64,000 nt of DNA from Macrostomum lignano. Lineage: Eukaryota. The DNA lies in NCBI GenBank assembly GCA_002269645.1, contig NIVC01003053.1, positions 58,979-122,978 on the forward strand, in the 5' to 3' direction. How positions within the stretch are numbered: the stretch's first letter is position 1; the number at the start of each line of letters is the position of its first letter. Positions 13,117 through 25,652 of the stretch are shown piece after piece. The translations under genes and the position numbers were made by a program. The notes beneath the pieces are model-generated. The model searched no databases, was not told where the DNA came from, and saw nothing but the letters and a program-made list of their open reading frames with translations.

Positions 13117-14652
13117 TCATAAGCCACGCCAAGCTCTTTGTAAACTAACGTTTAACAATGGATATTTAGAAGTCAACTGTTTAATCGTCTCTGCCCTGTG
13201 CTCACTGATGGACAGTGAGTCGGTCTCCGGCGTCCCAAGAGCAAAGAAAGTGTCTTCACCCTCGAGAAAGCTGCGTATGTGGAGCAGCTCCGAGCAGGTC
13301 ATGCGAGTGGCTGGAGAAGCCGTAGCGTTCGCATTGAACTTAGAATGTAGACCGGCCGAATGCTCACACTGTCTGAGAATCTTATGAAGCTTTTTCAGAT
13401 GATATTTTATTCCATCAATCATTGTATAGTTTCTTAAGCTTGCAGAGTTTCCAGTCCCACTGAAGCTTAAAGTTGACGTTCGACTTGGCCGGGCCAAATG
13501 CACCGAGTGCTCCGGTCGATGCGTAGATGGGAAAGCAGACGCGTACTTCGGCAAAAGTTCGGTCAGATTAAGCAGCGACTTCAGTGCAGACCTGTGATGA
13601 AGCACTTGGTCTGTGCAGTACTGCACGAACGGATGGCTTGGAGCTGCCATGAATACGGTTTGGTCGATTAATCTTGCTTTATTTGGTGGCCGAAATTCGC
13701 TGCTAGTAACAAAAACAGCCGGCAGCCATCGAATAGAATCGATGTTTCTTATGGCCCTCAGCTTCGGTGCTCCGATGACGACTCCACCAAACTATAAATG
13801 GTTTTTGTTTGATGATGCATGGTACATATGTAGCACGTATAATAGAGACGAACATAATTCATTTAAAGGGGATAAATTTCGCACGCAGCTTATGTAATAA
13901 ATCTAGTTAAATACAAGCAAGCAAGCAAATATCCACGAGTTGTGGGCATCCTCGAGATGACATCGCCCGCAACCACCTGACAGAATTACTAAATTCTCCG
14001 ATGGGCAGCGTTGACGAAGGATACTTTGATAAAGCTTAACATAGGCCACTTAAACCCCAGCATTCGATCACATGGCTTCGACCCTTCTCACCTTTTGTAA
14101 GATCAGCATCCTTGCCAATAGCGTCGAGTTCGTCGAGTTGCTCATATCCTCTATTACGCTTAAATACCTCGGGAAGAATATTCGAACAAGTTTTCTATAC
14201 TCAATTTTTGTCCAGAGCACGTAGATCCAGCCGCGGTGCAGCCGGTGCCAGTTCCGTATTAAATCATCAAAGTCGGACCAATTATGTTGTTCATTCAGCG
14301 ACACCAGGTGAAGTATCGCAGGTATTGTTCGTTTGTCGTCATTTCCTGTTGCGCTTTTCTGAGTACGACGCGGGGACAGTAGCAGTAGGCCTTCCAGACA
14401 TCTGGTGCTCGAACCGAGGCACACAGACGGTACAGGGCCAACAAACAGCGGAGGCGTTGTCGTCATGGAGGCATTCTCAAAAGTTTCTCGCCATCCGTAC
14501 AATTTTGGCTTCAACAATTCGTTTTCAAGGTCGTCAAAGTCCCGAAGGTTGGAGTGCTCAGCCGGTAGCTGAAGCGCTTGAAACAGCACCAGTAGGCAGG
14601 CCGCTAGCAGCAGTAGAAACATGTAGAAACTGCGTTTTATCGATGCAGGCAT
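13117..14652 (-). CDS. GT32-like (Och1/SUR1/A4GALT fold) type II membrane glycosyltransferase-like protein, 2 exons
   Basis: Exons 14652-14092 and 13791-13117, joined in phase 0 (CAAAAG/GTGAGA; TTATAG/TTTGGT). N-terminal TM; IPAILH...WHRLHRGWIYVLWT...FPRYL...ARMLILQK/FGG...VFMAAPSHPF follows the GT32 pattern. Confidence 0.8.
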
Positions 14653-15223
14653 CACTAATCTTTCTCTACTACAAAAATTATTTGTAATGCGATAAAAATA
14701 ACCGTAGCGCGGCTCCTAATACATAAACATACTGGCTGTGCAGCATGTGACCGAGTCCTTCTGAGCAGTTCAATGACTTAATACTTTCTCACACTTCTGA
14801 GTTCTCGTCGCTGTCCCATTTAACTTTTGGAAGTGAGAGGGGAGAGAGAGAATGAGCCATTATAACGTAGCCCTAACTCAAGCGCGAGGTTTAGGCAACA
14901 ATTGGTCCGGAAGAGAGACAGCTATTTCTAAAGGAGACTGTATAATGAGCCGAATGCATGGTTGAGATCGCTTTTCTGTTAACCTCAGACTAGCTGAGAA
15001 CGGCTTGAGTGGACAGCTATATCACAAACACCCACCTGCTGCGAGAGCTGAAAATGGCATTTAGAAGCGTCGTCAGCTCAAAGGCTAGATTTTCTTAGTT
15101 TTGTTTGACACTTTTTGCATTGAAAGCTATCTTTTGCACCCATCGTTGCGAGTGGAACACAAGATAGAAATTGCTGGCTGACTGTCATTGTAAAGGCAGC
15201 TCCATAATGAAGGCAGCTCAGGC

Positions 15224-15705
15224 CAGGGGCGTCGCCATGGATTCTACCGTGGGAGTACAAAGCCAAGGATTCAACATGTACATGTACATGACTAAATTCC
15301 TACATTTCCATTATTTTGAGAATCGTGTTTGGCGCCGCAGACACTCATTTTGGCGCCGCAGACACTCATTTTGGCGCCGCAGACACTCATTTTGGCGCCG
15401 CAGGCACTCATTTAGGCGCCTCAGGCACTCATTTTGGCGCCGCAGACACTCATTTTGGCGCCGCAGGCACTCATTTAGGCGCCTCAGGCACTCATTTTGG
15501 CGCCGCAGACACTCATTTTGGCGCCGCAGACACTCATTTTGGCGCCGCAGGCACTCATTTAGGCGCCTCAGGCACTCATTTTGGCGCCGCAGACACTCAT
15601 TTTGGCGCCGCAGGCACTCATTTAGGCGCCTCAGGCACTCATTTTGGCGCCACAGGCACTCATTTTGGCGCCGCAGGCACTCATTTTAGCGCCACAGGCA
15701 TTCAT
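15224..15705 (+). mobile_element. Truncated hAT-like MITE carrying 21-bp minisatellite (CACTCATTTTGGCGCCGCAGG)n
   Basis: Terminus CAGGGGCGTCGCCATGGATT resembles the element ends at 43397 and 55667; array ~15330-15700. Confidence 0.7.
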
Positions 15706-15930
15706 TTTACAGATGAAGTGCTCCGCATTTTCAAAATCGGTGAGGCAGAATGGGTATTCCTCATTGCATATTTTACCCTGGAAGTAGCGATGCGTGGCAA
15801 AACAGCCATGGCCATGGTAACCGCGAAGGTCAGTGATATCGAACACTTTCAAGGCCGTCTGACGGAGAAAGCTAGCTCGTATAAGGTGCTTCCCGACGTA
15901 GCGCTCCAACTATATGTAAGCTGCGATGTC
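15706..15930 (-). mobile_element. LINE 3' fragment (C-terminal CCHC-type region, R1/I/Loa-like)
   Basis: GHGCFATHRYFQGKICNEEYPFCLTDFENAEHFIC; related to 62650-62925. Confidence 0.7.
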
Positions 15931-16349
15931 ATCGCTGCACTGCATCACTGCACTGCTGTGATGATTGGAGGCTAAACCGGTGGCACATGTAAAAGCTGAG
16001 CATGCCGATAATGTGCCGGACTTCCTCAGACTGAGACTCCGGCAAGAAAGCCTCGACCTTCTCCGCAGCCGGTACGATGCCACTCTTGGAAACTTAGTGG
16101 CCCAGTGACGCTCCAGAAAGCAAAGTGCACGTATCTCTTACTGGGATTCAGTGCAGCATAGCGGACCGCAATCGTTGCAGCACTTCGGACAGTGGCTTAC
16201 GGGTTGTAGAACGCCGTAGATCCTCCTCTCGGACCTTCACTTGAAGGAAGCCTTGAAGAAAGCATGTCTTATCGAGGCGGACCAAAAGCACCAGCCAAGT
16301 AATTGAAAGCTTGATAAAAATGCGGCAGTGAAGAGGCATCCTTTGCTAT

Positions 16350-17750
16350 CAAGTTATTCAACCCGACGCAGACACGGGTATCGTTAAATTTTTCATTCTG
16401 CCAATTATCCAATTGCTGGCCCATGGGCTGGTGGCTTGATAACGCCATGCCGATGTATTAACTCCAACTTCTTTCGATTTCGGCGTTCTCAAAGGTGCCG
16501 ATACGCTCGTACTCTGATTGGAGTATAGCGTGACTGGGGTACAGCTCAGGTTATACACTTGAACCGGAATCTTACTGCCGGCCGAAGACAATGCACGGGA
16601 GGGCAACACTCCGGTTCTGTCAATGAGCTCGTGCGACGACTCAAAATAATCTGCGCAGCTTATTATATCGACACATCCGTGACCTTGACCGACCTTGGCG
16701 GTACCATGGCACCATGCGACAGCGGTACATCAAGCTCGGGTTCGATGTCCTTAAACGAGACGGGCGAATCGTCGAATGCATGGTCGGTGCTAAACTGCAT
16801 TTTGGCTGACTTGCCAACAAAGCCCATCCCAAGGATGAAATCTGAGCGAATACCTTTCTGCGCAGCTAAATAACAAGCTGAATGGTAATACTTGCACTTC
16901 TTGAGGGCGTAGCTGTCTGCCTATACAGGCTTGACATCTAATGCTGGTTTCAGTTTGCAACTGCCACTCAGCTCTCTTAAGTCAACGTTGCTGATCAAAT
17001 CGAAGTCCGCGCTCCGGTGTCCAGCAGCCCCTGGTTCGGCTTTCTGTCCCGGGATAAAAATCGCGTAAAGAACGGAATTGCTCAGAGTCTTGGGGTCTTG
17101 GAGTCTTGCAGCCTTGTGCCCTCTTCCCGAGCAAATGATCGGGTCTGGCTGTTTCTATGCCACCGGCATTAGGCTGTACGGTGTCCAAGCTGACTGCAGT
17201 TGAAGCAGGTGCCTCCTCGATGTAGGTGGTGACGTCTAGTGTCGGTCCTTGACTGCATGCTGATTTTCGCAGTGAGCTCTTTCATGCGCCTCTCTATTAG
17301 GTCTAAGTGGTCCTCGGGCGGTCCTTCTGCTGCTGATGGCACTGACTGCCGCAACCGACTGTCGCCTCGATAGCTCCGAGCCGAGGCACTCGCTGGCACA
17401 CAGTCTTCAAGCTGCAAGCCTCTGCGTCCTCTGCCTTGAGTAGTTTTTACGGAGTTCATTCCTGAGTATAGCTGCAGGAATTTAAAGCGCACATCTCGGT
17501 CCCGCTAGCTTATACTCGTGGAATCTTTTAGTTTTGCCTTTTAAGCTTCAGGTTGAAACAGAACTCGCATAGAGGTCTCGGCAGATTGATCCCACACTTA
17601 AAAGTCACTAATTATAGCCTTGAAACTGTCGAATTCATCTAGATGTACATGACACTTTGTGTTAGTGGGGTCCTCTTTGGTGAAGTTCTTCTGCCTATTC
17701 TCGTCAAGGTTCTAGACGACTATCTCCAACCATGATTTTTTCCTAAATTC
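16350..17750 (-). mobile_element. Degenerate Ty3/Gypsy gag-protease relic
   Basis: Zinc knuckle CFNCSQLGH (~17175-17205); protease LLDTGA (17010-17027); downstream FILGMGF; IPVQVYN..PVTLY linker; many stops and frameshifts; boundaries approximate. Confidence 0.75.
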
Positions 17751-19311
17751 CCGAATTTTATTTTTCTCAAGGGCTCACACCATTCAGCAATACCACTGTC
17801 ATCTCCAAGAGTCTAGACCTTGATGGCTGTACTTTTTGACCCAAAGCCTGCTAGTTAGCAGCTGCAACAACGCACGGCGGCTACGAGCTAACATAACATG
17901 CTTGCATACTGTATATGGTGTTGCAGTATAACATATTTACATCTACGGTTGTAACGTAAATGGCAATGGTAAATCACAATCAGATGTGATCGGTAAAAAA
18001 CGATCCCAGCGCACATACGTGAAGGCAGAGAATGAAGCTAAATAGGACAATAAAAAATAACCAAGGGGGAGAGAGAGAAATTAGCCAGTGTACTGCATGA
18101 AAAACAATGGTAACGCCAGTTTTCTGCAGAACCGCGCTCTCATCAGAGACCCGTGCAGACGCCAAGGAAAGAGATTTTTCAACTGTACTCGCAGTGACTA
18201 ATATGTTTCTACTGAAGCCTGAAAAAGCAGAAAAACGTTCTAAGAGCTAGTACATTGCGATTGTACATGTATTTTGTACGCTCTAGCTTTCTTATGGTGT
18301 TTGACTTAACTGACTTAACGGACCCAAGGTAGAGTAAAACATCAAACTATATTGAGGGCTATCCTTTAATAATACGATCGCTATAGATGTGATGTAGTGT
18401 TAAAAAGTATTATTCTCATCTCATTTTATGTGAGTATTACAAATTTACTAGCTAATAATATTTTTTTATAGTGCCCAGCGTTGAAATCAGGAACTAAAAT
18501 GTATTTTTAGACATTACGATGAAAATTTGCGTTTTCAGTAGCGCAGAAGTTAAAATAGCGCCTAGCGGTTAACGCAATCTTTAAAAATAGCCTCGCTTAG
18601 TGCATAAATAATTTGTTGGCGAAGCGAAGACAGTCCCGGTACGAATAAGAAACGCCGCTGGCAAGAAGTGTAAAAAACGGAATCGAACTACTTGCATTAA
18701 TGAATCAGAACATCTGCAAACAGGTACGAATTCCTAAATTTATTGATTTAAATACGTAGTGCATCGAAACATATGCGATGTAGAGGTTTAGAAAAACAAA
18801 ACATGCGGAATAACGTAGATATTATTTGTGCAAATAGTTGAACTGAAAGAACGTATTGTATTGTAACGTATATAGTAACGTATTGTACAATCTATTTGAG
18901 ATCTGTAATTCATTGATATTATATGCTCGTATTATTTATTAAAAATGTGCAGAAATATCTCGAATGCAATTATCTATTTACATGTAGATGCATTAGCGTG
19001 CATCAGTTTGCTATTTATCAAATTCCATACAGCGATCGACATCGATGAAAAATATGTACTTTTACATTACATGTACATCGACGAATAACTACGTCATACG
19101 TCGACCGAACGTCGGTGTAATGTACATGTGTTAGCGACGTCGATTGACGCTTGTTGATTGCTATACGTTAATCCATTTGTTAATACGAGTACCCCCTTCA
19201 CAAGAATTTCGTATTACATACTTGGCATTTTAGGTTTTCTCTGGTCTCTACCACTGCCCAACTTGCTCGCGTTTCATCGAGAAAGCCAGAATATGCAAAT
19301 GCTGTCATCAC

Positions 19312-22300
19312 ATGAGCTGTAAAAATTGCAAACAAAATCCAGTAAGTGACGTCAAATTGCAGCGTTTACAAAAAGTATTACAGTTTACTCCTAACTATTT
19401 TCACTTGTTACGAACGGATAATTTACTCTTCCGTTTTGCAAACGATTCAGGAATGGACAGAAAATGTAGAGCTGAATTGTCACTGGTGCAGGTACGGTGT
19501 TTTTGGGCATTATAATCCTTGGGTCAAATGATAACTATTGTACTGAGCAAATGGGGGCAGAGTCACGTCACGACTGCGGTTCGATTCTATAGGGGGACTT
19601 GTGCACAAAAATTGCTGGGGCTTGTGGTGCAATTCACACCCATAAGGGTCAACACGTGTACAATGCCTGGATGATTAGAAAGTCAGGGCTCTGACACTCT
19701 AACCTGTGGGAACCTGTGGGAACCAGTGGGAACCTGTGGGAACCTGTGGGAACCTGTGGAAACCTGTGGGAACCTGTGGGAACCTGTGGGAACCTGTGGG
19801 AACCTGTGGGAACCTGTGGGAACCTGTGGGAACCTGTGGGAACCTGTGGGAACCTGTGGGAACCTGTGGGAACCTGTGGGAACCTGTGGGAACCTGTGGG
19901 AACCTGTGGGAACCTGTGGGAACCTGTGGGAACCTGTGGGAACCTGTGGGAACCTGTGGGAACCTGTGGGAACCTGTGGGAACCTGTGGGAACCTGTGGG
20001 AACCTGTGGGAACCTGTGGGAACCTGTGGGAACCTGTGGGAACCTGTGGGAACCTGTGGGAACCTATGGGAACCTGTGGGAACCTGTGGGAACCTGTGGG
20101 AACCTGTGGGAACCTGTGGGAACCTGTGGGAACCTGTGGGAACCTGTGGGAACCTGTGGGAACCTGTGGGAACCTGTGGGAACCTGTGGGAACCTGTGGG
20201 AACCTGTGGGAACCTGTGGGAACCTGTGGGAACCTGTGGGAACCTGTGGGAACCTGATTTTCTAAGCACTGTCTCACTCTTTAACTACAGTTTCGAAGCA
20301 CTAGACTGCTGTTGGATGCCAGGGTTCTCGGCCAAGTTCAAACATCTTTCAGGGCGGCGCAGCTTACTCTCTGCTGAGCTGTACAGCGTGAGTTCGTTGT
20401 GAATTCAACTTTTTGTTGACTTGAGTCCATTTTGTTACCTATCAAACTCATTCCGATTCTGACTTTTCAGGAGCTGGCAGAATATTTCGAATGTAAAATC
20501 TGTTCAAACCTGTTGCGCAAGACCCACCTGTGCTCCAGTTGCTCCCAGCCGTTGTGCCGGCGATGCTTTGCCGTGAGTGAACTGCAGTCACTTTAAACAT
20601 TTCAGGACTTTAAACATCGACTATATTTCAACATGAATTGAAAATGATGTCATTTTAGTCTGGTCATGGAGTGCTAGTATAGTTATTGGTGTGCAGCTCA
20701 GCTGCTTCTAATGCTGGCTCTTCTTTCTGCTGTCTATTTTTTGTTCCTTAGGATGTACGAGCGTAGATCGTGATAGTTAGAGTTGGAAACAAAGACCACT
20801 AGAAGTTACCGTTGTATCGTGTCGTAGCAGCCTAAATGTTGCAAAATCGTTTCAAGGCCCGCTTGTTTGCGTTGCAGCTAAACTTTAAATGCTCATACCT
20901 CTGGATCAGTTGCACTTAAAACAGTATTTTTTCGCCTTGATGTTCGAAATTTTGTTCATTTAAAGATAAAAATAGTTTGACACGGCCTATATCTACAGGT
21001 GGGAACGGCAGGCAGAAATAGTCAAATATAAGTAAGTAGTTTAAAAGTATATATGTCTGCATTAAAGCAATAGTGAGTTTTAAACAACGTAGACAAGCCT
21101 TGAAAAAACAGCAATAGTTTCGAGTGTTACATTTAGTGGTCCTTGGTTGCGAATTCTTGACTTAAAGACTTGACTAAAAAGTTTTTTCAAGTGTGACTAT
21201 ATGGAACGACCGAAAACCGACCGTTTTCCAGTTGGATTCTTTCATAGAAATAAAAACCTTTATTTCTAAGCTCGAGGTTTTGACTTTCGTGTAGGAGATC
21301 AGTGATGCATGCAGGCTTAAATGGTTAAACCTACCACTAAACCGATACCCGCCTTAATTGTAGAAAGCTATTAGAAGGAATCCAGTCTGCCCGTTATGTC
21401 GGTAAGTGTTCGAATTAAAAACTATGGCCATTCATTCAGCCATCAATATGCTCATAATGAAACAACTCCATCAAATTAATTGTGAGCTTGTCGCTAATCT
21501 GCTCTCAACGCTGCAACTGCAGAGCTCCGCAGCCGGACATGGAAGACACGGTTCCGTGTAGCTGGATCGACCAAAACGTGGCAAAGCTTCGAGAGATAAA
21601 CAGCCAGGCACCGTACATTGAGGCTGAAACTGAGTCTGAGTTCGAGTCGGATGACGAAACTCATCAGGTAGCGATCCGCGTTTACAGTTTTTGTTCAGTC
21701 GACTAAAAATGCGCTCCAACTTTTTGGTCCAAGAGATTTGCTTTGGTCGATATTTTAGAGCATTGATCAGATCAATCTTCATCCAGTTGACATGATCAAT
21801 CTCCGTCTGGTCTTCTCTAGTCTTTATTATCTTGGATGATCCATAAGTGTAGAATCGATGTCAAACGTCTTATGATGATGCCATTCTGAGCTCTTGATCC
21901 TTGAAAAATTTTATAGTATGATGTCAAAATGTTCATGTCAAAAGTATGATGTTCTACTGTGTTCTTCAAATTGTTCTTCAAGTTAAAATCTTGCAACCTT
22001 TCAATCAAATTTTGGTTGGCTGGTTCACTTGTCCAAGACCTAATTCTTTTCAAGTCATTAAAGGTTTGAAGGAAGCACTGATAATCTTCAGCTATCTTCA
22101 GTTAGAGGTCAGGATTCTGGTCGTGTTTCAACGAGCTCTCATTGAATTTCTTGGTATTTGCATATACTAAAAATAAAGATCTAAATTGAAGCATTATATA
22201 GTTCCATTATGACAATTCAAAGAAATATAAACCTGTCACAAAATGTCACAAAAATCACTCAATAGACTGCTGGCAATATCTTTTTTCAGATTTCAGTACC

Positions 22301-22645
22301 CGTATTCGATGGCATGCATGTCAGATCACCGAACCCAGGCCTAATTGATCCTCCTCCTTTTCGGGTGGTTTTCAATTCCACCGAAAATGGCTTGGAAGTG
22401 CAAGTTGTCCCTTATGACGGAGCGGCAACAGCAGTCTCTTTCTCTGCCACAGGAGAACCTGTTCAGAGCATTCGGAATAGGTTCGAGCCGAGTGTTCCAA
22501 GTTTGAGTCAAACGTTGCCTCGGCCAAGTCCAGCCATGCAGCCGATTCAGCATAGACCCCAGGTAGGCAGTTGTAGCAGCAGTTCATTTTTTGCATCTAT
22601 CTATCTATCTATATATATATCTATCTATCTATCTATCTATCTGTA

Positions 22646-22690
<45 letters not shown>

Positions 22691-22693
22691 GTA

Positions 22694-22750
<57 letters not shown>

Positions 22751-22753
22751 GTA

Positions 22754-22834
<81 letters not shown>

Positions 22835-22837
22835 GTA

Positions 22838-22885
<48 letters not shown>

Positions 22886-23174
22886 CATCTGTATATCTAT
22901 CTATCTATCTATCTATCCATCAATTAGCTTTCTCGGTAGTTGCACGTACTCTTTTGCACTACTTGAGTAGTCTGATTTTCGTTCGGCATGGCTGGTTCCA
23001 GCAGGTAGTTCCTCTGGATAAAAGCGCTTACCGCGCCCATTGGCTTTCCAGCTGCCTTAATCGTTTCCGGTGATCTTGTGTGCGTGCTTTCAGCTTGATT
23101 GGCTGCGGCAAGCAAGCTCGAAAGAGCTCGCTTCGCTCGCTCTTTCTCGATCGCTATCTACTATCTATCTATCC

Positions 23175-23217
<43 letters not shown>

Positions 23218-23225
23218 CATCTGTA

Positions 23226-23293
<68 letters not shown>

Positions 23294-23301
23294 CATCTGT
23301 A

Positions 23302-23349
<48 letters not shown>

Positions 23350-23357
23350 CATCTGTA

Positions 23358-23425
<68 letters not shown>

Positions 23426-24257
23426 CATTATTTGTTTCTTTTATAAAGTGATCATGGAGAAAATAAAGACAAAATTTTTCACTTTTTTGTTTTAGAATAC
23501 CTGGCAGCAAAGGAATATCATATTCTCCAAATTAAAAGAATGGTCGGCTGTATGCCTTCTACTCGCATGCATCGTGATCCCTGTATTTTACCCTCTCTAT
23601 TCCAAACCTCGAGCAAAATTTGAAAAGAAAATCAGCGACTTCAACTGGCGCTTTCACCATCATAAAGAAGAGTTTGTGAAGCAACCTGTCGAGAAACCCG
23701 TCTCCCTAACCAACTACGAATCTTGTATTCAAACCAAGCTTTCAATTTTCAAAGCACTGTTCTCAGACGACAGCCTGCACGATCACGAAGCCACGAATCG
23801 AGTTCTCTTTAACTGCTTGAAAAAGCAGCAGACCACAAGCAGAATTGAGCGGCCCTGCTTTCTGTTGCTAGCGCACACGGACAACGCCAAACAAAGAGCC
23901 TCCGCTGACGGTTTAGCCGAGGAAATCTCAAAGCTGCTGGCAAAATGCCACAGCGCTCTCCCATTAACTACAAGCGTCAGGAATCACTGCTCCGATCATA
24001 GCGATTTAGAAGCCAGTAGCGAGTCAAGCTGCGTGCTCTTCCGCAATCTTCAAGGCCTTTCAATGAAAGAGTTCAAGATGCACTCCAGGCTGCATCGGGC
24101 CAGGCTCATTCTGATTACGATGGCCCTTCCGGGGGGCTACGCACTGACGGAAGGTGCCGCACTCTACCGACTGCGAGCCCTGCAGAACTCCGAACTCGAC
24201 AAGGTCGACGCTGAACGTTTGGGTCGTCTGGTGCAGGGCAACGTGCTGTCGGTGTGA
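19312..24257 (+). CDS. 495-aa membrane protein: Zn-ribbon, TRIM37-type C4C4 RING, acidic/Pro-rich linker, TM, LAP1/LULL1-like luminal domain
   Basis: Phase-consistent exons 19312-19341, 19451-19491, 20291-20387, 20471-20572, 21364-21401, 21523-21667, 22290-22562, 23496-24257. RING reads [49 protein letters not shown]; [22 protein letters not shown]. The LAP1-like call is weaker than the RING call. Confidence 0.8.
19701..20254. repeat. Near-perfect 10-bp minisatellite (AACCTGTGGG)n, ~55 units, intronic
   Basis: Direct reading. Confidence 0.98.
22594..23421. repeat. (TATC)n microsatellite blocks 22594-22920 and ~23152-23421
   Basis: Direct reading. Confidence 0.97.
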
Positions 24258-25651
24258 CTGACGAGTGTTTGAGTTTGAGTGCACACAACTGCTAGAAGAT
24301 TAAATTAAATATCTACACAAAACACTAACCTGTATTGTTCAGACTAGCTGAAATATTTTTATCGTGGATTTTACAAGTACGAGCCGCTACATGTACTTCT
24401 TAAGAGTTAGTTTTTGAAAACTTATAATTGTTTGTTTATTCGAAAAGGGTGATTGACTTTAGAGTCAGTCTTTCAAGGTCTATTTATGCTAAAGCTCCCT
24501 TAATAGCAATCCGAAATCTCCATTTATCCCGAGCGTGCGTCGCAATCTTGAAGGCGTACGCAATTACTACTGCAACTAAAATATGAAGTTTCTTTCTTCT
24601 AAGCATCAGAACACTATTTTTGTACATAAATATTTATATTTATTTATCTATTCTTTTTCAAAATTACTCAACATAGATTATAATGGCTCAATTACGCTAA
24701 GCCAACGATCCTAAAACACTAGAACTTTTCTTTCTGTTCAATATAATTTTTTAATACTTTTTTCGCTTGATTTTACGCATAGAATGTTGGTGTCGCCCCA
24801 AGACTGTTCCACTATAGGCCATAGAATTCTAAGTATTGATATTAACCTAGAAAGGATGGCTTTTTTACGTGTACATGACCGGGCCGAGATAGAATTTCCT
24901 AATTAGATCGTTCTGAATAGCGGATTGGATTTAAAAAATGTTTCTTTTAATTGATTTTCGCATAAATTGTTACGCTCTATCGGCTTTTGCAGTAATTAGA
25001 GCCAAAATTCTGTCTTATATGCATTGTAAATTAAAACATCAGTATTCACTGAAAGCATTCTATTTGCCCAATTGAGAATTATATCCAGGAACAATAGAAA
25101 ACAGGCATGAAAGATTTTTACATTATTGGAAAACTCACGCTTACTTGATTTTTCATTAATTAAACTTGCCTGCTTTTCGACCTGACGCGGCTTCTGTCGA
25201 TGCAGTCAGGCGACTGGTCCAATTCTTCGCGGCAGCATTGAACATCTTTCGGAACAGTGGCTGCAGAATTCGGTGCTGGAACTCGCAGCGTGTTTGGAAG
25301 CGTAGATTTGGAAGGCGCTCCATGACCACTGAACTGGTTGCTTCAAATAGAGCAACATGTCGATGCCGAGAATTCAGAAACTGCTGGCAGGTCTGTAACT
25401 GAGAGATGGTTTCGTCACTCAGGCCTGGCTCTTGCTTTCCTTCCACTTTCGCGGATATAGTCTGCGACGTCAGAAAAATATTCTAGCTTCCAGTCGGTGT
25501 CCGACGTAATGGGATCCCTGCTGCAATTCCTCTTGTGCTTGCCAATTGTCGTTGTTTTTACATTCAACACCTGCCAGAGCTGCGTGACCGCCATAACGAA
25601 AGTTGCAGTGTCGTTCCACTGCTGCCCCTGGTGTCTGGTATAGTAGAGCAA
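23421..25651 (+). repeat. Copy 1 of a ~2.2-kb (+TATC) direct duplication flanking the PLE
   Basis: Matches 29631-31861 (offset 6210); no differences seen on reading. Confidence 0.95.
25156..25651 (-). pseudogene. Duplicated C-terminal fragment of the P/THAP9-like transposase, cut at the PLE junction
   Basis: Identical to 31366-31861; upstream part replaced by the PLE. Confidence 0.8.
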
Positions 25652-25652
25652 C

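Noticed and set aside
19545-19600. B-box-like GGTTCGATTC upstream of the 10-bp array
   Set aside because: No convincing A box or cloverleaf
19701-20254. G-quadruplex-forming array as a regulatory element (also 895-1392)
   Set aside because: G-runs are a by-product of satellite composition; no evidence of function
24255-24300. CTGACGA after the RING gene stop as a possible hammerhead
   Set aside because: No GAAA after the possible stem and no stem I/III
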